Below, piece after piece: positions 12,408 through 18,699 of a stretch of DNA of 24,000 bases. This DNA is from Comamonadaceae bacterium (lineage in GTDB: Bacteria; Pseudomonadota; Gammaproteobacteria; Burkholderiales; Burkholderiaceae_C), in NCBI GenBank assembly GCA_947372745.1, contig CANBUY010000003.1, forward strand, positions 1 to 24,000. Reading direction: 5' to 3'. A program made the position numbers and the translations under genes. The notes below the pieces were generated by a model that was not told where the DNA came from, made no database searches, and saw nothing but the letters and a program-made list of their open reading frames with translations. The stretch's first letter is position 1. Each line of letters begins with the position of its first letter.

Positions 12408-15166
12408 CAGCCTTACTCCAGCAGTTCATTTCTGAAGCAAAGGATTTTTTGGAAGGTATCAGTGAAAAGCTGATGCAACTTGAAAACACGCCCAGCGATG
12501 TGGACATGATGGGAGAACTGTTCCGACTAGTTCATACCCTCAAGGGAAATTGCGGATTGTTTGATTTCCCCGAAATGTCTCGGGTACTCCATGCCGCCGA
12601 AGACCTGATGGTCGTAGTGCGCGACGGGGATATCGCTTACACCCAAGCGTTGGCAGATCGTTTGCTGGACGCCATGGATTTTGTGAGCATGTTGCTCGAT
12701 GAAATTGAAGGCAGCGGAGCCAATAACGCGAGCCATGCGGGGGCTGCTGCAAAATTGGCGCAATCACTGCGCGAATTGATTGTGACCTCCAGCAACGGGG
12801 CCACACCTGACTCTGAGGATTTACCCCAGGCACCGACGAATACCGGCTTCATTCTCAGCCAACTTCCATTGAGCGATGTACCAGAGGCTTTGCGCATGGC
12901 CTGGTACCGCGAGGCCAGTACACAAACGCCTCTGCTGTGGATTACCTACACCCCGGAAGCCGAGTGTTTTTTCAAGGGTGAAGACCCTTTCCACCAAGCG
13001 CGCCAGACGCCAAACCTGGTTTGGCAAAAAGTGTCGGCGACAGAGCCCTGGCCACTCCTTGATCAGCTTGATGCCTACCGGAGCACCTTGTGCTTTCAAA
13101 TGGTGAGCACGGCAACACAGGCCGAACTTGAGGAACATTTTCGCTACGTCCCCGACCAAATCAGCCTGACCGTCATACCGCCCATCATGTGGGCTTTGCC
13201 GGTGGGTGATCAAAATGGGGGCCCGGTTTATGAGGATTTTGTCACTGATGCGCTCGGGCATTTGGTGCGGGGCGACCTGGCGAGCCTGAGCAGGGCCGCA
13301 CGCTCCATGCTGGAGCTTTCAGCCTCAGGGCTGTGGCTGGCCTCGGCTTTGCGCTGGTTGATCCTGATTATCGAGCAGGAACCCAACAACCACGCCTCAT
13401 TGCGCGCAGTGATTGAGTCCTTGCGAAGCTTTACAGCCCCCGTCCTCAATAGCCTGCACGAACTTACAGCAACTGCTGACGCTGACGTTGACGTTGACGA
13501 CCTTGTTGCCCCGGCCAGTACCAGCGCACAGACGGCCCCCATCATCACATCCGCGCCCATCGCCCCGGCCGCCAACCCGGTGGCTGATGCAGTGATCAAC
13601 GCACAGATGGCGGTGCTCAGTTTGTCGGATCAGGCGCATTGGTTGCCTGGGCGACTCAAGTCGGTGGCCAGCACCTTGTCAGCGTGCTACCGCAGTCTTG
13701 GGCGGGACGACCTGATGCCCTCTTTGGAAGCAGCCCTGGCCTTGGCCCTCGAATCTACCAACTCCGCGCCTTTGTTGGCTTGGCTAACGCGGCAAATAGC
13801 GTCAAGCCATGACGTGGATGTCGCTGAATTACCGCAAGCCCTGAGTCCACCACAGACGGCCGCTGTTGATCTGAGCGTCGCAGTGGACACACCGACCCTT
13901 GAGGTCATGCACGAAGAGGCGGTCACTGATCTGACCCCGGTTGTTGACAGTGATATTCGCTTTGGCCGGCGAGCTGAGGATGCGCCCGTCAGCACCAAAA
14001 CACTGAAGGTCGACCAAGAGAAAATTGACCGCCTGATGAACTTGATCGGCGAAATGGTCGTGGCTAAAAACGGCTTGCCTTACCTGGCCAGCCGTGCAGA
14101 GTCTGTGTTTGGGGTGCGTGAATTGTCGCGGGAAATCAAAACCCAATATTCCGTCATCAACCGCATTGCCGAAGAAATGCAAGACGCCATCATGCAGGTT
14201 CGCATGTTGCCGGTGTCATTTGTATTTCAGCGTTTTCCAAGATTGGTCCGCGACATTTCCCGAAAACTTGGCAAAGAGGTGAGCCTAGTGTTGGAGGGCG
14301 AAGACACCGAGGCCGATAAAAATATCATCGAGGCCTTGGCTGACCCCTTAATTCACATTGTTCGCAACAGCCTGGATCATGGCATTGAACAACCGGATGT
14401 TCGCCGTGCGGCGGGCAAGCCTGCTGAGGGAAAATTAATGATTCGCGCCTCTCAAGAGGCCGGCCGGGTCATCATCGACATCAGCGACGACGGCAAGGGA
14501 ATTGACCCCGCCGTGATCAAGCGAAAAGCTTACGACAAAGGCATTATTGACGAAGAGGCACTGGAACGCCTCACCGACCAAGAGGCGGTCAATCTGGTGT
14601 TTGCTGCAGGCTTCTCGACGGTCGATGTGGTGTCAGACCTGTCTGGTCGTGGTGTGGGTATGGATGTGGTTCGCTCGGCCGTAGAGCGGGTCAATGGCAC
14701 CGTCACCTTGCAAAGTACAGCGGGTCAGGGTACGCGTTTGCGACTCTCCTTGCCACTTTCCATGGCGGTCACCAATGTGATGATCATTGAGTCGGATGGG
14801 CAGATTTTTGGCGTGCCGATGGACATGGTCGTGGAGACCGTCAGGATTCCACGCTCGACCATTCACGCCATTAAAAATCACCAAACCGCTGTATTGCGCG
14901 GTCGAATCGTCCCCCTGCGTTCGCTCAATGAACTGCTCGCAACTGACAAGGCACAAGTCTCCAACGAGGAGGATGAGCTCGCCACACTGGTGATACGGAT
15001 GCAGGGCGAGCATGTGGGCATCGTGGTGGATGACTTCCGCGAAGTCGTAGACATCATTCTCAAACCCATGTCGGGAATTTTGGGGGGCTTGCCAGGCTAC
15101 ACCGGCTCGGCCCTTTTGGGCGATGGTTCGGTGCTGATGGTTCTGAATTTGAAGGAGTTGGTGTGA
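12404..15166 (+). CDS. cheA: Chemotaxis histidine kinase CheA (P1 Hpt, unassigned ~400-aa insert, P3, P4, P5)
   Basis: The Hpt motif is FRLVHTLKGNCGLF. The dimerisation region is KVDQEKIDRLMNLIGEMVVAKNGL. The ATPase boxes are HIVRNSLDHGIE, DISDDGKGID, GFST and GRGVGMDVV. The C-terminal CheW-like domain is IIESDGQIFGVPMDMVVETVRI...LRGRIVPLRSL. The start overlaps the cheY stop (ATGA at 12404-12407). Confidence 0.9.
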   Translation: MTALLQQFISEAKDFLEGISEKLMQLENTPSDVDMMGELFRLVHTLKGNCGLFDFPEMSRVLHAAEDLMVVVRDGDIAYTQALADRLLDAMDFVSMLLDEIEGSGANNASHAGAAAKLAQSLRELIVTSSNGATPDSEDLPQAPTNTGFILSQLPLSDVPEALRMAWYREASTQTPLLWITYTPEAECFFKGEDPFHQARQTPNLVWQKVSATEPWPLLDQLDAYRSTLCFQMVSTATQAELEEHFRYVPDQISLTVIPPIMWALPVGDQNGGPVYEDFVTDALGHLVRGDLASLSRAARSMLELSASGLWLASALRWLILIIEQEPNNHASLRAVIESLRSFTAPVLNSLHELTATADADVDVDDLVAPASTSAQTAPIITSAPIAPAANPVADAVINAQMAVLSLSDQAHWLPGRLKSVASTLSACYRSLGRDDLMPSLEAALALALESTNSAPLLAWLTRQIASSHDVDVAELPQALSPPQTAAVDLSVAVDTPTLEVMHEEAVTDLTPVVDSDIRFGRRAEDAPVSTKTLKVDQEKIDRLMNLIGEMVVAKNGLPYLASRAESVFGVRELSREIKTQYSVINRIAEEMQDAIMQVRMLPVSFVFQRFPRLVRDISRKLGKEVSLVLEGEDTEADKNIIEALADPLIHIVRNSLDHGIEQPDVRRAAGKPAEGKLMIRASQEAGRVIIDISDDGKGIDPAVIKRKAYDKGIIDEEALERLTDQEAVNLVFAAGFSTVDVVSDLSGRGVGMDVVRSAVERVNGTVTLQSTAGQGTRLRLSLPLSMAVTNVMIIESDGQIFGVPMDMVVETVRIPRSTIHAIKNHQTAVLRGRIVPLRSLNELLATDKAQVSNEEDELATLVIRMQGEHVGIVVDDFREVVDIILKPMSGILGGLPGYTGSALLGDGSVLMVLNLKELV

Positions 15167-15402
15167 TGGCAATCACGTACAAAAAAAATATGGCCGTGCT
15201 TGAAGGAGCCGTCAGTGTTGAAGACGCTGAAGACTTGCTGGCGTGGCTTCAAAAAACACCGAAAGCTCGGCTTGATTTTTCAGCCTGCACCCATCTTCAC
15301 GCTGCCAATCTACAGGTGCTGATGGCCGCCAGACTCCCTGTGGCTTCTTGGCCACATGACAATGATTTAAAAGCATGGCTGCATTCAGCCTTGCGTAATT
15401 GA
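15166..15402 (+). CDS. Small (78-79 aa) hypothetical protein, possibly a truncated STAS / anti-sigma-antagonist-like fold
   Basis: GAAGGAG at 15151-15157 precedes ATG 15166, which overlaps the cheA stop (TGATG). The pattern VLEGAVSVEDAEDLLAWL...ARLDFSACTHLHAANLQVLMAA resembles STAS-domain cores. This is weak, by-eye evidence only. Confidence 0.45.
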   Translation: MAITYKKNMAVLEGAVSVEDAEDLLAWLQKTPKARLDFSACTHLHAANLQVLMAARLPVASWPHDNDLKAWLHSALRN

Positions 15403-15415
15403 ATAAGGAATAAGC

Positions 15416-15790
15416 ATGGCTAAAACAATTATGGTCGTTGACGATTCAACCACCATGCTGATGAGTTTGAAGAACAGCCTGGAGATCGCAGGCTTCTGCG
15501 TCATAACAGCCAGTGATGGCGCTCTTGCCCTGGAGAAATTGAAAACTGGCCCCAGGCCGGATTTGATCATCACCGACATCAACATGCCCAATATGGGTGG
15601 CATTGAATTCATTGGTAAGGCACGCGCGCTTCCCGGCTTTCGGTTCATCCCGATTTTGGTCCTCACCACCGAGAGTATGCAAGCCAAACGTGATGAGGCT
15701 AAAAAACTGGGGGCTACCGGTTGGTTAGTCAAACCTGTCAGCGGCGCAGATTTAACCAAAATTATTAAACAGGTATTGCCCGGTGCATGA
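15416..15790 (+). CDS. cheY: Second CheY-like single-domain response regulator
   Basis: MAKTIMVVDDSTTMLMSL...DLIITDINMPNMGGIEF...ILVLTTE...GWLVKP is a receiver domain. An AAGGAA RBS lies at 15405-15410. Confidence 0.85.
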   Translation: MAKTIMVVDDSTTMLMSLKNSLEIAGFCVITASDGALALEKLKTGPRPDLIITDINMPNMGGIEFIGKARALPGFRFIPILVLTTESMQAKRDEAKKLGATGWLVKPVSGADLTKIIKQVLPGA

Positions 15791-17010
15791 TGGCTAACTT
15801 CAGCACCACGTCACCGCCCAAGATGGGCATCGCACCCGCTGCAAAATCAAAAATTGGGGCTTCGACACGCGCGAAATTAACTGTGTTCGCCGCACTGTTG
15901 ACGATAGGACTTCTCCGATTTTTTTCTGACGACCTGTTTCAGAGTACCGATGCATGGCTGGCTCGCCCTGGCGATTCTTTATTACTTTTAACAGGCCTCG
16001 CCCTGGCCTGCACGGCATTTTTTATACCTAAAGCGGCAAAGATAGCAACACACGCTAAGCCCTCAGACTCGCTTGATGAGATTTTGAAATCACATCTGGA
16101 TCTGGATGCGGAGATCAGAAATAAACTGATTGAAGTTGTTGCAGATACTGAAAACTCAGCCCTGAAAATCATCGGTGAAGTTCGCCAACTCTATGATTCA
16201 GCCAACACCTTGGTCGTCTACTTGGATGAGTCCCGGGAAACAGCCGATAACTTGGGGCAGGAAATAATCGAGAGCGTCCAGCACCTGAAAAAAGTCGAAG
16301 ATTTTGTAGTTCAACTCCCCGCACAGATGAAGAGCGACTTGGACAACGTCCAAATTATTTCTGAAGAAATCAATGCCTTGGCCGATCTGGTGGGTGCCGT
16401 CAAAGCCATCAGCATGCAGTCGCATTTATTGTCCATTAACGCCGCCATTGAAGGCAGCCGGGCTGGCCCGTCAGGTGCTTCGTTTCGGGTGGTGGCCGGT
16501 GAAATGAGGAAACTCGCCTCTAACTCAAATGAAGTGGCCAACCAGATCAGCCAAGGCTTGCTGCGCGCCAATGCAGTCGTCACTGGCGGAATTGCATCCA
16601 GCATTGCCAAGTCGTCTGAACGCCTGGAAGTGGTGTTGGCCGCTGCTGACTCGATCCATAAATTCCAGGAAAACTTCACCGGCATTACGGATTTTTACAA
16701 GTCTCGCTTTTCAGTGATCACCCAACACAACAACGATCTGGCACTCAACATTGCGGAAGTGTTGGGCCAAATTCAGTACCAGGATGTGGTCAGCCAAAGC
16801 ATCGACCGCATGATGGCCGCCATGAACCAGCGCAATGCCTTGCTGGAAGAAGCCAACACCGAGCTGCATCAGGGCTTTTTTGACCGCTACGCACTGCCCG
16901 TCAAGCTGAACTTCATCATGCAAACCTACCTGATTGAAGAAGAAAAACACAAGCACTCAGCCCGGCACGATGAAGCGGGTGCCCATGAACAAAAGATTGA
17001 ATTATTTTGA
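15787..17010 (+). CDS. Membrane-hairpin methyl-accepting chemotaxis-like protein with a divergent signalling tip
   Basis: Two hydrophobic segments (LTVFAALLTIGLLRFF and LLLLTGLALACTAFFIP) are separated by about 18 aa, so there is no periplasmic sensor domain. The MA-domain tip is AISMQSHLLSINAAIEGSRAGPSGASFRVVAGEMRKLA. The start overlaps the cheY stop (ATGA at 15787-15790). Confidence 0.75.
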   Translation: MMANFSTTSPPKMGIAPAAKSKIGASTRAKLTVFAALLTIGLLRFFSDDLFQSTDAWLARPGDSLLLLTGLALACTAFFIPKAAKIATHAKPSDSLDEILKSHLDLDAEIRNKLIEVVADTENSALKIIGEVRQLYDSANTLVVYLDESRETADNLGQEIIESVQHLKKVEDFVVQLPAQMKSDLDNVQIISEEINALADLVGAVKAISMQSHLLSINAAIEGSRAGPSGASFRVVAGEMRKLASNSNEVANQISQGLLRANAVVTGGIASSIAKSSERLEVVLAAADSIHKFQENFTGITDFYKSRFSVITQHNNDLALNIAEVLGQIQYQDVVSQSIDRMMAAMNQRNALLEEANTELHQGFFDRYALPVKLNFIMQTYLIEEEKHKHSARHDEAGAHEQKIELF

Positions 17011-17035
17011 TACGACTGACTGAAACGGGACTGGC

Positions 17036-17800
17036 ATGACGCATTTACAGGTTATCGCGGTCTGCAACAGAAAAGGGGGCGCTGGAAAGACCACAACGGC
17101 GGTCAATCTGGCGGTCGAACTGGCCGCGCTTGATTTTCGGGTTTTACTGATTGATCTCGACTCACAAGGCCACTGCGCTGTGGGATTAGGCGTCAAAGTG
17201 GCTGATGGCGATGCGACGTCACATGCCATATTTACCAACCCCCTGGCGACCATTTCTGACTCTGCGGTGGAAACGGCTTATGCCCATTTGTATCTATCCC
17301 CGGCTGATCAATTGTTTGAGCACGGCAGTGGTGTGCGCGATGAACTTCGCCTCCACCAAGCCTTGTCAGACCCGGCATTGGTTGCACGATTTGATGTCGT
17401 CATTCTGGACACCCCACCCTCGCTTGATTTTCTGTTGATCAATTCCCTTTGCGCCGCAAAATGGGTGCTGGTTCCTTATGTGCCGCACCCGCTTTCTTAC
17501 GAAGGCATTCGCCAGTTGATGCGGGTCATGTTTCGCGTCATGTCCAAACAAAATCCCGACTTGAAAATTCTGGGTTTTTTGCCCATGACGGCAGCAGCGC
17601 ATATTCGCCAGCACAGAACCGTGACCAGCGACGTCTCCCGGCAATTTGGCGCCCATCGGGTGCTCAGTGGCATTCGCAGCGACATCAAACTGGCCGAGGC
17701 CTTTGCCGTGGGCAAGCCTGTGCGGGCCTACGCCCCCAGCAGTCGGGGTGCGCAAGATTTTGCTGACTTGGGCGTTGCTGTGGCGCAGATGCTGGGTTAA
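17036..17800 (+). CDS. ParA/MinD-family P-loop ATPase (PpfA/ParC-like candidate array-positioning ATPase)
   Basis: The deviant Walker A is VCNRKGGAGKTTTAVNLA, Walker A' is LLIDLDSQG, and Walker B is VVILDTPP. It starts 25 nt downstream of the MCP gene on the same strand. Confidence 0.85.
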   Translation: MTHLQVIAVCNRKGGAGKTTTAVNLAVELAALDFRVLLIDLDSQGHCAVGLGVKVADGDATSHAIFTNPLATISDSAVETAYAHLYLSPADQLFEHGSGVRDELRLHQALSDPALVARFDVVILDTPPSLDFLLINSLCAAKWVLVPYVPHPLSYEGIRQLMRVMFRVMSKQNPDLKILGFLPMTAAAHIRQHRTVTSDVSRQFGAHRVLSGIRSDIKLAEAFAVGKPVRAYAPSSRGAQDFADLGVAVAQMLG

Positions 17801-18546
17801 CGCTCGGCCAACTGCGCCTTGAGTGCGGCATTCTCCAACGTAAGCTCGGTGATCGTTTGCTTGAGCCGCGCAATCACCCCCTCTGGGGACTCGGGCTCGG
17901 TGCGGGCCACTGCCCGTGTTTCACGAACCTGTCGTGCCGCCTGCTGCAGCTCTTTTTTGCCACCCGCTGCAGCCGCCACTTGCGCCTCAAGTGGCAATGA
18001 GGCCACGGTAGCGGCGGCATTGATGGAGATAGCGCCCGATTTGATGGCGGCGACTAACTCGGGCGCCGCAGATTTTTGAATCTTTTCAATCTGGGTGATG
18101 GTGTTGCTGCTGATTCTTGCCGACTTTGCCAGCGCCTCGCGGCTCGTCAACGACTCGGAGACCTGAGGCACTGCGGGCGCATCCTCAGTGGACATCACCG
18201 CCTCATCCCTTGGCACGGATCGGCGCGTATTCAAAATGTCTTTTTTACGCAAGGCCAGCACGCCGCGCTGAAAATCAGACACGCTGCGCCGTCCCAGATG
18301 CTGGTCGATCATCCACAGATGGACGTCGTCCATCGATTTGAAGCTGCTGTTTTGCAAGGTATTGAACGCAATACCGTGTTTTTGGCATATTCCGTAACGG
18401 TTGTGCCCATCGACCAGCACCTCCCCCCAAAGTACCAGGGCATCGCGGCACCCCTCAGTCAGCAGACTGTGTTCCAGCGCAGCGTGTTCTTCCGGGGTCA
18501 GCGGGTCGATATAGGCGAGAAGTTCTTCGTTGACCGTGATATTCAT
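17797..18546 (-). CDS. Orphan ParB/sulfiredoxin-fold N-terminal domain DNA-binding protein
   Basis: LLTEGCRDALVLWGEVLVDGHNRYGICQKHGI resembles the ParB box (DGHHR-like), followed by HLGRRSVSDFQRGVLA. An HTH-like segment, SARISSNTITQIEKIQKSAAPELVAAIKSGAISINAA, and a C-terminal coiled coil follow. The opposite-strand ORFs here translate to low-quality sequence. Confidence 0.65.
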   Translation of the reverse strand: MNITVNEELLAYIDPLTPEEHAALEHSLLTEGCRDALVLWGEVLVDGHNRYGICQKHGIAFNTLQNSSFKSMDDVHLWMIDQHLGRRSVSDFQRGVLALRKKDILNTRRSVPRDEAVMSTEDAPAVPQVSESLTSREALAKSARISSNTITQIEKIQKSAAPELVAAIKSGAISINAAATVASLPLEAQVAAAAGGKKELQQAARQVRETRAVARTEPESPEGVIARLKQTITELTLENAALKAQLAER

Positions 18547-18699
18547 GGGTTGGGGCAGTTTGGTAATGACAGGGGGGCCATTCTAGGAGACCGGGTCACC
18601 TTCCTCTGATTTTGCGCAGAGTGGTGTTGAATCAATTAACTTATGCTGGGCATCCATGATGTCCCACACCTCGTTTTACTTTGTTGCCCCGATCAAAGC

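Noticed and set aside
13475-13501. The hexamer tandem repeat (GCTGAC)2(GTTGAC)2GAC within cheA, encoding ADADVDVDD.
   Set aside because: It is a short in-frame acidic linker repeat in a low-complexity part of the CheA insert. It could vary by slippage, but nothing suggests phase variation or a regulatory role.
17917-17925. A parS-like sequence, TGTTTCACG, inside the 3' part of the ParB-like gene.
   Set aside because: Only one half-site of the TGTTTCACGTGAAACA palindrome is present, and the following bases (AACCTG) do not complete it. This is likely chance.
18076-18609. A 177-aa + strand ORF covering the ParB-like gene region.
   Set aside because: The translation is Arg/Gly/His-rich with no motif. 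The minus-strand frame has ParB-box, HTH-like and coiled-coil features plus a sensible start at 18546.
18547-18699. A possible Mg2+ riboswitch (M-box) or mgtL-type proline-rich leader peptide upstream of mgtA.
   Set aside because: The whole divergent spacer is only about 150 nt and must also hold the ParB-like gene promoter. I saw no Pro-rich mini-ORF and no terminator/antiterminator pair. This cannot be excluded without a covariance-model scan.
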